Assembly: GCA_041742135.1 (NCBI GenBank)
Contig: JBGSJG010000008.1
Span: 232,964 to 296,963, forward strand
Reading direction: 5' to 3'
Length of the DNA stretch: 64,000 nt
Origin: Patescibacteria group bacterium
GTDB taxonomy: Bacteria; Patescibacteriota; Microgenomatia; UBA8517
In this document: piece after piece, positions 40,042 through 49,998 of the stretch
How the letters are laid out: the number at the start of each line of letters is the position of its first letter
How positions within the stretch are numbered: position 1 is the first letter of the stretch
Notes under the pieces: generated by a model
The model's input: only the letters and a program-made list of their open reading frames with translations
Databases searched by the model: none
Told to the model about the DNA's origin: nothing
Made by a program: the position numbers and the translations under genes

Positions 40042-41004
40042 ATGGATAAAAAAACTTTTATTTCTCAAATTGAAAAATGTTCAGAATTGCACGATGTTAA
40101 ACCAGGTGTATTACTAGATTTCTTTAAATTACTACTTGAAAAAAATAATGTAACCACAGCAGAACTGGTTTATAAACTTGGCATTCCAAGAACACATCTA
40201 GGCAGGATCCTACAATTTTTTGAAGATTTTCTGCAACCAAAATCTCACCATGTTCGACTGCTGGCTCAATACAATGAACCTTTATCTCACATACTGCGTT
40301 CAGAAAATATAATTGACGAAAAAGAGTTTAGTAGCAAACTATTGAAACTGTTTTCTGAAATACAAAAAGAGCGACCACATCCCAAAAGAGAGCTTGATCA
40401 GTTTTTAGCAACAACAGAGACCATGATTAAAAGAGCTCTCTACTTGCATAAAAATAACGATGTGTATAAAAGAAAAATATTATTGCTTGGAGACGACGAT
40501 TTGACTTCTGTGGCCATAGCCCTTCTAAATACAGCCGATAATAAGATAATGGTCGCTGATATTGATAAAGATGTATTGACTAACTTACAAAGATTAGTTG
40601 AAAAATACAACCTGCCAATAAAAACAACACAAGCAGATTTTCGAACTGATGAATTAGAAAGTCTAAAAGGACAATTTGACTTGGTTTTTACAGATCCTCC
40701 TTACACAACGGATGGTATCAGTCTTTTTCTAGATAGAGCAATTAACTCCATTCGACTTAGAAATAGTTCCAGTATTTATTTTTGCTATGGCAACAGCTCT
40801 AGAGCAACTGAAAGAATATTATCTGTCCAAAAAGCTGTTCTTAATAAAGATCTTGTCTTAACTTCTATTGAAAAGAACTTCAACCAATACACGGGAGCTG
40901 ATAGTATTGGAAATGGAAGTTCACTTTATGGATGTGCTGTAACACCGTCTATTAAGCTTCCAAAGCTCAATAAAACAAAAGAAAGAATATATACACATGA
41001 ATGA
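40042..41004 (+). CDS. DUF43/BpsA-like aminopropyltransferase (putative branched-chain polyamine synthase)
   Basis: LLLGDDDLTSVA and FTDPPYT motifs. Overlaps speH by 8 nt. Confidence 0.4.
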   Translation: MDKKTFISQIEKCSELHDVKPGVLLDFFKLLLEKNNVTTAELVYKLGIPRTHLGRILQFFEDFLQPKSHHVRLLAQYNEPLSHILRSENIIDEKEFSSKLLKLFSEIQKERPHPKRELDQFLATTETMIKRALYLHKNNDVYKRKILLLGDDDLTSVAIALLNTADNKIMVADIDKDVLTNLQRLVEKYNLPIKTTQADFRTDELESLKGQFDLVFTDPPYTTDGISLFLDRAINSIRLRNSSSIYFCYGNSSRATERILSVQKAVLNKDLVLTSIEKNFNQYTGADSIGNGSSLYGCAVTPSIKLPKLNKTKERIYTHE

Positions 41005-41347
41005 CAAACGCCCATTTATCAGACATATTACTATAGAACTTTGGTCAGATTTTAATAATATTTTTGATCCTGAGACTTTTTTTGATCAATTGATTGATAA
41101 TCTAAAACTTAAAGTTGTCGATTCAAACAAACACCTATTTGAAAATGGCGGTTTGACTAAAGTATGCATTCTTTCAACTTCTCATATTGCGCTCCATACG
41201 TGGCCAGAGTTGGGCTATATCCACATTGATTTACTTTCTTGCAGGAAAGATCTTTCCGAAACTAATGTTGAAAGTGTTGCACTTACATTATTCGGCAATA
41301 AGAAAGAAATACCTAAATATGTTATTCGAAGAATCGAAGAATTATGA
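40997..41347 (+). CDS. speH: S-adenosylmethionine decarboxylase proenzyme (class 1b)
   Basis: LSTSHIALHTWPELGYIHIDLLSC (pyruvoyl-forming serine region). Confidence 0.7.
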   Translation: MNDKRPFIRHITIELWSDFNNIFDPETFFDQLIDNLKLKVVDSNKHLFENGGLTKVCILSTSHIALHTWPELGYIHIDLLSCRKDLSETNVESVALTLFGNKKEIPKYVIRRIEEL

Positions 41348-41363
41348 TACAATTCGTAGGTAA

Positions 41364-41924
41364 ATGAGTAACTTAGATAAAATCCAAAAATCTTACTTAG
41401 AAATCTTGCAAGAGTTTGGCATTACTAGCGATGAGGTTTTAGAAAACACTCCTGCCAGAGCAGCAAAAGCAATGCAAGAGTTGCTTGATGGTCACAATGA
41501 ACTTGCCAAAATTAATTGGAAAACCTTTGATATCAACGAGCCGGGTGAGTTGGTTTTGATAAAAGGCATTGCTTTTCAATCTCTTTGCGAACATCATATT
41601 CTGCCGTTCGCTGGAACTGTCTCTGTAGCTTACATTCCGAAGAATAAAGTAGTGGGACTCAGTAAAATCCCCAGATTGGTAAAAGCTGTAAGTCATCAGC
41701 TACAATTGCAGGAAAGAATGACTAATCAAATTGCGGATCTATTGCAGGAAAAACTGGATCCGAAAGGGATAGCTGTTTACGTCAAGGCTGAACATGCTTG
41801 CATGTATATGCGAGGAATTTGTTCAACCTCTGAAACTGTTACATATACATTACGAGGTGAGTTTAAAGCTGATAAACAACTCAGAGATGAGTTCTTTCAG
41901 TGCATAGAAAGTGAGCGAAAATGA
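41364..41924 (+). CDS. folE: GTP cyclohydrolase I
   Basis: CEHHILPFAGTVSVAYIP and VKAEHACMYMRG. Confidence 0.85.
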   Translation: MSNLDKIQKSYLEILQEFGITSDEVLENTPARAAKAMQELLDGHNELAKINWKTFDINEPGELVLIKGIAFQSLCEHHILPFAGTVSVAYIPKNKVVGLSKIPRLVKAVSHQLQLQERMTNQIADLLQEKLDPKGIAVYVKAEHACMYMRGICSTSETVTYTLRGEFKADKQLRDEFFQCIESERK

Positions 41925-42280
41925 TTATAATGAAACAATTTACATTTGATTCTTCTCATCAGTTGATGGATTATGATGGTCCTTGTGCTAACTTGCATGG
42001 TCATACCTACAAACTTGAAATTTACGTTTCTGGCCCACTTACTAAACAAGGCTTCGTGGTTGATTTTACAATTGTGAAGAAAATTGTTCAGGAAAACGTG
42101 ATACAGATTCTTGATCACCATCACCTTAATGACATTATTGAACAACCTACCGCCGAACATATTACTCAATGGATTTGGAATCATATTGAAGAGCCAATTA
42201 GTTCTCAAGAAAAAAATCTTAAGCTTTCCAAAGTGGTCCTTTGGGAAACACCAACTAGCTGTGCAATCCTTGAGAAGTAA
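41921..42280 (+). CDS. queD: 6-carboxy-5,6,7,8-tetrahydropterin synthase
   Basis: CANLHGHTY (C-x3-HGH) and its size. Confidence 0.8.
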   Translation: MIIMKQFTFDSSHQLMDYDGPCANLHGHTYKLEIYVSGPLTKQGFVVDFTIVKKIVQENVIQILDHHHLNDIIEQPTAEHITQWIWNHIEEPISSQEKNLKLSKVVLWETPTSCAILEK

Positions 42281-43093
42281 TTATTTCAATCGAAAGATTG
42301 CCTGGCTGTAATAACCCAATAACAGCGAACTTTTCCAAATAAACAGATAACAACCCGCTAGAACCCCCTTCTTTTTTGAAGCTTGAATAATGTATTTATT
42401 TGCGCTTCCAACAATACCAGTTGGCTTGTCATGTACTCCGATTTCAACCCCAATCCTTTTACCTACACCATACCAAAAAGCACTCCGAAGATCTCGACGA
42501 GGTGTTAGTGGTGGGTGAAGAACTCTGGCTGTTGAGTCGTATGATATTTTTAATCCAGCTTTTTGAACTCTACTGTCAAATTCACTGTCTTCTAACCAAC
42601 ATAACTTGGGGTGGAAAAAATAACCTCCGATGTGAGTTTTTATTTTTTTGCTAAACAAGAGAGGTGGTGAAAAGGCACTTATCTTGTCGCTAGTATGATA
42701 TTCCCTTGAACGAGAAACCACTTTTGACAGGAAAGAGTCATGAGTAAATACAACCTTACCCTTTGATAGCAAATTCCCGTTTAAGTTTGCATACAATTTT
42801 TGAATACAGCTCTTATCAAAAATACAATCTGAATCCATAAGTAAAATTAGTTCATGGGTCGCAGCTTTAATGCCGTTATTGTAAGCACCTGCAATTGATG
42901 CTTCTTTGATTGTGCACGTTTTTATTTTCAGGTGGGATAGCTTTTTAGATCGCAATAATTTTTTAATTTCCTCCAGCACCTTTTTAGATGGTTTATTAAG
43001 CGATATGACTACCTCCACCTTTTCATCAATTGATTTTATACAATCACTAATTCTTAAATCGTCAGAAACGGGAATAACAATTGATATATTCAT
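42281..43093 (-). CDS. family-2 glycosyltransferase
   Basis: N-terminal IVIPVSDD and LMDSDC (DxD). Confidence 0.6.
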   Translation of the reverse strand: MNISIVIPVSDDLRISDCIKSIDEKVEVVISLNKPSKKVLEEIKKLLRSKKLSHLKIKTCTIKEASIAGAYNNGIKAATHELILLMDSDCIFDKSCIQKLYANLNGNLLSKGKVVFTHDSFLSKVVSRSREYHTSDKISAFSPPLLFSKKIKTHIGGYFFHPKLCWLEDSEFDSRVQKAGLKISYDSTARVLHPPLTPRRDLRSAFWYGVGKRIGVEIGVHDKPTGIVGSANKYIIQASKKKGVLAGCYLFIWKSSLLLGYYSQAIFRLK

Positions 43094-43773
43094 ATGCTTT
43101 CCTTAAGAACCATTTTTTCACACAAGTTCCAAGAATATGTCACTGACATTCCAGTTTTTTTCTCAAAAGTTTCTTCAAACTTATTTGTTTCCTTGATCGA
43201 CAGAAGCAGCTCAACCATCTTTTTTTGCCCTATCTCTTTAATCACGGTAGCAATATATTTGTAAGCAGTAAGATAGCTGTAAGCAGGAACATCATGTTTT
43301 CCAAAAGGTCGTATGTTCTGAGAAAGGTTAAAAAAACCATGTTGGTTTAGTAACTGAGAAAATTCTTTCTCTCTTTTCTGAAAACTTAAATTAGCACCAA
43401 CATATACAGCAACTCCTTCTTCAAACCAGACAGGGGCTTTTATTGTGTGGCGCCTGAAGAAAAGATGCACCATTTGATGAATTAAGCTCTCAGTTAAATC
43501 TACTAAAGTATGACCCGTCTCATCCTCTTTCCAAAGAGAAGGGTCGTATAGATAGATAGTGTCATCCTGGTTGGTTGTAACTCCGGATTTTGGACGATCC
43601 TTACCAATAAGAGTACACATGCTTTCATGATCTTTTGCCACTACCACTTTTATGTCAAGAAAGTCTTCATGGAAAAAATCTTTAATAATCTTTTTGGCTG
43701 AAAAGGTGGATTCAATTACAATCTTACTTGTTGCTACAGATATTCCAGGTTCAAATGAGACGGTGACATTCAT
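43090..43773 (-). CDS. hypothetical protein; 4-nt overlaps on both sides link it into the queC-GT2 operon
   Basis: ORF; no motif recognised. Confidence 0.35.
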   Translation of the reverse strand: MNVTVSFEPGISVATSKIVIESTFSAKKIIKDFFHEDFLDIKVVVAKDHESMCTLIGKDRPKSGVTTNQDDTIYLYDPSLWKEDETGHTLVDLTESLIHQMVHLFFRRHTIKAPVWFEEGVAVYVGANLSFQKREKEFSQLLNQHGFFNLSQNIRPFGKHDVPAYSYLTAYKYIATVIKEIGQKKMVELLLSIKETNKFEETFEKKTGMSVTYSWNLCEKMVLKESI

Positions 43774-43780
43774 TGTAATT

Positions 43781-44917
43781 TTAGTAAATCTTTACTTTCG
43801 ACAACTGCTTTAATCTAAGATTAATTTTTGCTTCATATCTATGGTATCTTGACTTGAGAAAAACTTTTAGGGAATCGGGGATGATTTCTTCGTATTGATG
43901 GAGAGCATAGAGTATGTCCAGTTTTCTCTCTATCTGTAATTTGGAAAACCGAGCAATATACCCTTTATCAATGGTCCCTTCTTTGTCTGCTAGAGGATGC
44001 GAAATATATCGATCAAGTTTTTGGCCGGCAATAATGAAGGAGATAGCTCTATTGAAACATGCCTTACAGTTACCACAATTGTTTCCCAAATAACAACTCA
44101 CTGTCTCACTTGGAGCAACACCAAAGGACTCACTCCAATGGTTTTTCCAGAAGGAAATAATCTCAGGCTTAGTATAGTCAAAAAAGGGAGTTGTTAATTC
44201 TATATTCTTGGAATATATCTTTGAGAAAATTCTGTTACAAGACGAGTAAAACCTACGGCTTTTATCAGTATTTACATAGTTTATTTCTTCTTTATGCGCA
44301 CATATAAATACAGAAATTTTTTCCTTAGTTGATTGATTGGCAATTTCTGAAGCAACTGCTGCAAATAAAAGATTTCTAGCAGGAATAATTCCCATTTTCC
44401 AACGATCCCAGCCTGCATCAACATAACTTTTCAGATTGATTTTTACTATGAGAAGTTTAATTTTCAATTTTTTGCAAAGCTTTTTAACAACGCGTAACTC
44501 ATCTGCTTCGTTTTTTTGCCCAAATCCTATCCACACGGCCAAAACCTTCATTCCTTTATCTAGTGCATACAAAGCGCCAGCGGTGCTATCAACCCCACCA
44601 CTAAAAGAAATGACGCAATCGTAGTCGTTCTTTTCTGAAGCAACTAAAGTATTACTATCACCAGTAAACTCAAAATCAAGATTAAATGTTCTTGGAGCAG
44701 CTCTTTTGTCATTAAGGACATAAGATAAGAAAGAATTTAGTGCAGGTTTTGAGAAAAATTTTTTACCATTTACTGATACTGTGTCTTTTTCCAGATATCC
44801 AGCCAAAGTTGTTAAAAGTGCAACTTTAACAAAGACACCAATGGTATCTGGATTAATACCTTCTATGTTTAGATCGCTAGTATTTATTTGTTTATTACCT
44901 ATTTTTCCGATAATCAT
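43781..44917 (-). CDS. queC: QueC-like PP-loop ATPase (7-cyano-7-deazaguanine synthase homologue) with ~100-aa N-terminal and ~80-aa C-terminal extensions
   Basis: SFSGGVDST PP-loop and a CYLGNNCGNCKAC zinc cluster. At 378 aa it is far longer than the ~220 aa expected. Confidence 0.65.
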   Translation of the reverse strand: MIIGKIGNKQINTSDLNIEGINPDTIGVFVKVALLTTLAGYLEKDTVSVNGKKFFSKPALNSFLSYVLNDKRAAPRTFNLDFEFTGDSNTLVASEKNDYDCVISFSGGVDSTAGALYALDKGMKVLAVWIGFGQKNEADELRVVKKLCKKLKIKLLIVKINLKSYVDAGWDRWKMGIIPARNLLFAAVASEIANQSTKEKISVFICAHKEEINYVNTDKSRRFYSSCNRIFSKIYSKNIELTTPFFDYTKPEIISFWKNHWSESFGVAPSETVSCYLGNNCGNCKACFNRAISFIIAGQKLDRYISHPLADKEGTIDKGYIARFSKLQIERKLDILYALHQYEEIIPDSLKVFLKSRYHRYEAKINLRLKQLSKVKIY

Positions 44918-46638
44918 ATTGTTCTTCCTTTTTCAACCCAATAACTTCCAATAGCCAGGCAGTCTATTTCGCTTGTATACAGCGTTTTTATTGCTTGCTC
45001 GGGAGTAGTAACTATTGGTTCACCCCCAATGTTAAAGGATGTATCCAGTACGATTGGTATGCCAGTAAGTTTGTTAAATTCTTCAATCAGTCGATAGTAT
45101 AAAGGACTATTATGTTTATAGACCGATTGATAACGTGCTGTTCCATCTACATGCACAATAGCAGGAACCTCGGCTCTTTTATTTTTCGTGACGTAATGGG
45201 TTAGAAGCATAAAAGGACTATCGCAAGCATCATCAAAGTATTCTTTAGCTCTATTACCGATGACGCTTGGAGCAAGCGGTCGCCACTGCTCACGAGACTT
45301 TATAACATTCAATGTTCTATGCATTTCAGAGATAGAGGGATTTGCAACAATACTTCTAGAACCTAGTGCTCTGGGACCAATTTCCATTCTTCCTTGAAAC
45401 CATCCAACTATTTTCCCGTCAGCGACAGCTCGAGCAGTTTTAAGTGCGATGTCAGAAACCTGGGTGTGAGGAATTTTCAATCTTTGAAGTTCTTCTTCAA
45501 TTTCTTCGTCAGAGTAGCTTACTCCCCAATATGAGTGATCCATTTTGGGAAAACCAGCCTCACCATTTTCGTAGGCAACCTCAAGAGCTGCCCCTAAACT
45601 CACACCAGCATCATTCGCTGCTGGCTGAATATAGAGGGAGTCGGCATATTTTTCAGTCAAAATTCTTCCATTAGCTATACAGTTAAGTGCAACCCCGCCA
45701 GAATAGGCTACATTCCTGTTGCCAGTTTTCTGCACCAATACCGATACCAGATGTAAAACCGTATTTTCTAAGGCTTTTTGTACAGATGCCGCAAAGTCTT
45801 TGGAGAACTGAGAAAGAAGAAGTTCTTCTTGCACTTTTCCTGTTTTTTTAGAGAAAGAGAACTTTTTATCTATTTTTTCTTTCGGAAAACGTTTTGAGAA
45901 ACTATTAAGCCAAAATTCTTGAATAGGTTTTTGTTTATCTAATTGTCCTTTTTGTTCAACAGAATCTAATCCCACGATAGAATATCCAGTATTGTCCAGC
46001 ACTATTTCTGGGAATTCATAGACTGGTTTTCCGTGAGCTGCTAACCCCATTAATTTCCCGGCATCAGATGACCTCAAACCAATAAATGTGCATGCAGCTT
46101 CAATAAAATATCCAAGTGAATATTCGATAGGGAATGTCTTAAAGAATTCAATTTGGCCACCATCAGAATATCCCAATGCTCCGCTTCCAAATTCTCCCTG
46201 ACCATCAAGTACTAATATCGAAGATTTATCGAAACCTGAAACGCGAAAAGCGCTAGCGGCGTGAGCAATGTGATGGGGTACGTATTGAATTTTGGGTAGA
46301 CGTTTTAAATCATTAATCTCTGATAAATTAAAGGGGAATAATTCTTTTAATAAGCCCTTATCATTTGGAAACGGATACTTTAATCCGGCAGCTTTATATA
46401 GCCCTGGCTTATCCCAACCATAGACCACAACATCAATATCCCCAATGGTAAGATTGTGTTGTTCAAGGCAGTATTTAATTGCATGAATTGGAAAAACATC
46501 AAAAGCATAGCGTTTCCGAATAAAACGCTCTTCTTCAACAAACGAAAGAATTTGGTTATCCTTGATCAAACATGCTGAAGCGTCATGACCTTGTGTTTTC
46601 CAACCATTGACCCCTAATATAGTTAGATTTTTCTTCAT
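44914..46638 (-). CDS. NodU/CmcH/TobZ-family carbamoyltransferase
   Basis: N-terminal Kae1/YgjD-like region (GHDASACL, VPHHIAHAASAF) and C-terminal YrdC-like region. Confidence 0.8.
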   Translation of the reverse strand: MKKNLTILGVNGWKTQGHDASACLIKDNQILSFVEEERFIRKRYAFDVFPIHAIKYCLEQHNLTIGDIDVVVYGWDKPGLYKAAGLKYPFPNDKGLLKELFPFNLSEINDLKRLPKIQYVPHHIAHAASAFRVSGFDKSSILVLDGQGEFGSGALGYSDGGQIEFFKTFPIEYSLGYFIEAACTFIGLRSSDAGKLMGLAAHGKPVYEFPEIVLDNTGYSIVGLDSVEQKGQLDKQKPIQEFWLNSFSKRFPKEKIDKKFSFSKKTGKVQEELLLSQFSKDFAASVQKALENTVLHLVSVLVQKTGNRNVAYSGGVALNCIANGRILTEKYADSLYIQPAANDAGVSLGAALEVAYENGEAGFPKMDHSYWGVSYSDEEIEEELQRLKIPHTQVSDIALKTARAVADGKIVGWFQGRMEIGPRALGSRSIVANPSISEMHRTLNVIKSREQWRPLAPSVIGNRAKEYFDDACDSPFMLLTHYVTKNKRAEVPAIVHVDGTARYQSVYKHNSPLYYRLIEEFNKLTGIPIVLDTSFNIGGEPIVTTPEQAIKTLYTSEIDCLAIGSYWVEKGRTI

Positions 46639-46650
46639 AATATTTTTGTT

Positions 46651-47508
46651 TTAAACTCCTCTTTTGGCACCCCATATTTCATTTTGTAATCTACCTAGGA
46701 GTCTATAGCCCTTCTTTTTAGCGTACTCGACTACTCTTTGGGCATTATGCCTTACTTCCTCTGCCGTAACCCCCTGCGGCATAAGAATAACTTGTTCAAC
46801 TGGAATGGCCATCCCTTTAACCCATTCATTTTCAATCTCATCTAAATCTTCATCGTGCATCACTACGAACTTGAACATTGTGTTTGCCTGTGAAAGTGCT
46901 TGAATTACTTCTGGTCTTTTACGAGCATTCTTATGGTTTTGACTATTTTTCAGTTTAGGGCTACAGTTAAATTGACATCTAGAAAGCTGTGACTCTGTGG
47001 GCATAATTGTGCCATTGGTTTCAATTTCAATGACCCAATCCTCTCCCAACTCTGTCATTAATAAGTCTATCTGGTCTTTTTGCAGGAGAGGCTCACCGCC
47101 GGTGATAACAACACGCTTTTGTACATCTGGGTTTTCAGCTCCCCACTCTTGAGAAACACGTTCTGCGGTTTTTTCTATAGACCATTGTTCGCTTTCGGTC
47201 CAAAACTCCTTACTCTTAGGGTTCCATGTATAGTAAGCATCGCACCAGACGCACCTCAAGTTGCAAACATGCAATCTCAAGAAAACAGTTGGTTCGCCCA
47301 TACTAGGACCTTCACCTTGAATAGTGTAGAAAACACTGTCTCCACTAACTCTAAAGTGTCCTTTTTCAAGTCGAACATTTTCTGGAATCCTTAAAGCAGG
47401 ATCAACCTCATTGTTATCGAAGTCAAACGCTCGCTTTAATTCCTCGTCAAAGCTTTCTTCGATCCCATCTCCAAGGAATTGTTTTATTCTTTCTGTATTT
47501 AAAGACAT
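46651..47508 (-). CDS. queE: 7-carboxy-7-deazaguanine synthase (radical SAM)
   Basis: TIQGEGPSMGEPTVFLRLHVCNLRCVWCD. Confidence 0.75.
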   Translation of the reverse strand: MSLNTERIKQFLGDGIEESFDEELKRAFDFDNNEVDPALRIPENVRLEKGHFRVSGDSVFYTIQGEGPSMGEPTVFLRLHVCNLRCVWCDAYYTWNPKSKEFWTESEQWSIEKTAERVSQEWGAENPDVQKRVVITGGEPLLQKDQIDLLMTELGEDWVIEIETNGTIMPTESQLSRCQFNCSPKLKNSQNHKNARKRPEVIQALSQANTMFKFVVMHDEDLDEIENEWVKGMAIPVEQVILMPQGVTAEEVRHNAQRVVEYAKKKGYRLLGRLQNEIWGAKRGV

Positions 47509-47584
47509 TTTTAAGCTTTCTAAATTTCGTTAAATTGATCATATTATACACAAAGTAGGTCAATATTTCTCTGGAGATTCTCTA

Positions 47585-48214
47585 TCATTCTTTGAGCAAC
47601 TCCGTATATCTTTTTATTTGAAATACCTCTGCATATTCACAACCCTCATGCAATAGACCCCTATACTGATTCAGTCCCTTGATTGCCAGATCTATACGTG
47701 ATTTATCCAATTGAGATTGATAAAGAGACAATGCTTTCATTTTTTGATTTATTTTCGATGAAATGTCTTCAGTTAAGTTGTATGTTTGCAATGGTTTGTG
47801 AACCTCGTACAACACTAATCCTTTAGCAGGTTTTTTTGTGAGTTGATTATATCTCCAGAATGACTCAATAATTAGCTGATACGCTATCTTGTGTTCATAG
47901 TCAGCATCATCAGCATGATTACAATAAATTAAATCAGGAGTACTAATTTTAAAAATATCTATTATTTTCTTAATATTTTGTGCAGACACTTTAAAAGATT
48001 GGTCTTTCAATCGAAGAAAATAATGCTCTTTGACTCCCATGAATTTGCAGACTTCTTTCGCCTCTTTTTCCCTCAAATCTTCAATACTATCTCCTGAAGA
48101 TAAATATAAGACATCCACTTCATGATGTGCTTCCACAGCCTTGGCCATTAAACCACCAGCACCAATAATTTCATCATCGGGGTGTGGAGCTACAACTAAT
48201 ATTTTCTTTTTCAT
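47585..48214 (-). CDS. PIG-L/LmbE-family N-acetyl-sugar deacetylase
   Basis: VVAPHPDDEIIGAGG. Confidence 0.75.
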   Translation of the reverse strand: MKKKILVVAPHPDDEIIGAGGLMAKAVEAHHEVDVLYLSSGDSIEDLREKEAKEVCKFMGVKEHYFLRLKDQSFKVSAQNIKKIIDIFKISTPDLIYCNHADDADYEHKIAYQLIIESFWRYNQLTKKPAKGLVLYEVHKPLQTYNLTEDISSKINQKMKALSLYQSQLDKSRIDLAIKGLNQYRGLLHEGCEYAEVFQIKRYTELLKE

Positions 48215-48250
48215 AAAGTATCTTCTTGAACTATAATACCATTAATAACT

Positions 48251-49255
48251 ATGAACCCAAAAGAAACTTTGACCAGAAAAAACCCTGACATTCACCTCCG
48301 ACAAGCTGTTCAGAGATGGGATCTTGCTGGGATAATAAGCATGGACGATTATACCAGTCGTGGGGCTCATGGTGGAGTTGTGAAAATAACTACAACTAAA
48401 GGTGATTTTGCTTTAAAAAGATATGATTCTTATACTAGTGAGAAAATTCCATTTTTTAATAATGTCTATAATTGTTTGTTAAAAAATGGTTTTGATGATT
48501 TTCCAGTGCCAGTCAGTACTAAAAAAAATGAACCTTATTTCAAAGACGAAGCCGACAATGCTTGGGAACTTGTTCCTTGGGTAGATGGTACTAGCCTGTC
48601 AAGTCTCGAGCTAAATAATAAATTAGTTAAGGGTGCGTCGACATTCATTGCAAATTTTCATCTGTATTGTAGAGATTTTAATATCGATTCATCGAGCGTT
48701 CTCGATAAAAGTCACTCTACGGTATGGATACCCGAAATGTTACATCGAAGAGAATTGATTGGGCGGTCGCTGGAAGGTGGGTTTGCTAACCAAGAAGTTG
48801 AACATCTTGTCACAGAACTTTTTCAACTTTCCGCTAAAATTATTCCACGGCTGACCTCAATTAGGTTCTCAAAACTTGAAGAAGGTCTACCATCTTGTGT
48901 CATACACGCAGATCTATCATTCGATCACATCTTAGCAGACGAAAGTGGTTACAAGTTAATCGACTTCGATAGAATGAGAATAGGAAAAAGAATAGTCGAT
49001 ATAGAACGGTTAATATCTGAGAGCTCAAAAAAAACTCCACAACTTGGTGAAACCGCACTAGCATCTTATCAAGAGATTTCAAGTCTAACTGCTAACGAAC
49101 AGAGTGTGTTGCCTATTTTCATTGCTTACCAACGAACGAGGCGAGCTTATTGGAGAGCTGAGAGGTTAGTCAATAATCCTGAACTATTTCAAAATGAAGG
49201 CGAAGAGTTTCGTAAGGAGTTATTGTCGGCAGTGTCTCATCTTAGTAATTTTTAA
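48251..49255 (+). CDS. APH/CotS-type small-molecule kinase
   Basis: VIHADLSFDHIL...LIDFD. Confidence 0.5.
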   Translation: MNPKETLTRKNPDIHLRQAVQRWDLAGIISMDDYTSRGAHGGVVKITTTKGDFALKRYDSYTSEKIPFFNNVYNCLLKNGFDDFPVPVSTKKNEPYFKDEADNAWELVPWVDGTSLSSLELNNKLVKGASTFIANFHLYCRDFNIDSSSVLDKSHSTVWIPEMLHRRELIGRSLEGGFANQEVEHLVTELFQLSAKIIPRLTSIRFSKLEEGLPSCVIHADLSFDHILADESGYKLIDFDRMRIGKRIVDIERLISESSKKTPQLGETALASYQEISSLTANEQSVLPIFIAYQRTRRAYWRAERLVNNPELFQNEGEEFRKELLSAVSHLSNF

Positions 49256-49264
49256 GGGCAAAAT

Positions 49265-49963
49265 ATGAAAGAAAGATCATTTACAAAACAATTTCGGGGA
49301 GATAGAGCAGAAAAGCGTTATCAAAACGAACTTGATGCGCACCTGCTTTTTCCAGACCTAATACCAGCAGTTCTCAGTACCGATGAAGAATTATTAGAAA
49401 TTACTTTTGAACACATTTCAGGCGATTCTACTGAATGCAGTAATGAATTTTTGTTTGCTGTTGGGACAGCATTGGCAAACATTCACAAAAGCCACCAAAG
49501 TTTTTCAGAATGGAAAAATTCAAATTTAATCGAAAGATATAAATCATTTAGTGATAAGTATCTTGTAGAGTTAGTTGACCATTTACTTGATGATGTGCCA
49601 AAACCACTATACGGTTTTACCCATGGAGATTATCGGCGTAGAAATATCCTTGCATTGCCCGATACGATTAAAGTTGTTGATTGGGAATTTTTTGGGATCA
49701 ATTTTGTATACTGGGATCTAGCAATTTTTGCAGGCGATTATGTGCACCAAAAATTTCACAATCTCCAAACTAATAGCCTTAAACCATTCTGGGAAGGATA
49801 TCTTGCTGGCAATGAGCTTACAAAGGAAGAGTTAATACTTTGTAAAACACTAGGGGGTCTTGACATTATTGCTGACCCATCTTGCTACAACCAGGAGAAA
49901 AGCCCCCAGAACCAAAAGAATTATTTCTTGACTTTAATGAGACAGAAAAACAGTATTTATTAG
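49265..49963 (+). CDS. short APH-type kinase-like protein
   Basis: GFTHGDYRRRNIL ... VVDWEF. Confidence 0.4.
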   Translation: MKERSFTKQFRGDRAEKRYQNELDAHLLFPDLIPAVLSTDEELLEITFEHISGDSTECSNEFLFAVGTALANIHKSHQSFSEWKNSNLIERYKSFSDKYLVELVDHLLDDVPKPLYGFTHGDYRRRNILALPDTIKVVDWEFFGINFVYWDLAIFAGDYVHQKFHNLQTNSLKPFWEGYLAGNELTKEELILCKTLGGLDIIADPSCYNQEKSPQNQKNYFLTLMRQKNSIY

Positions 49964-49998
49964 ATCATGAAAATTACATGTAGCTGATAGTTTTAAAT

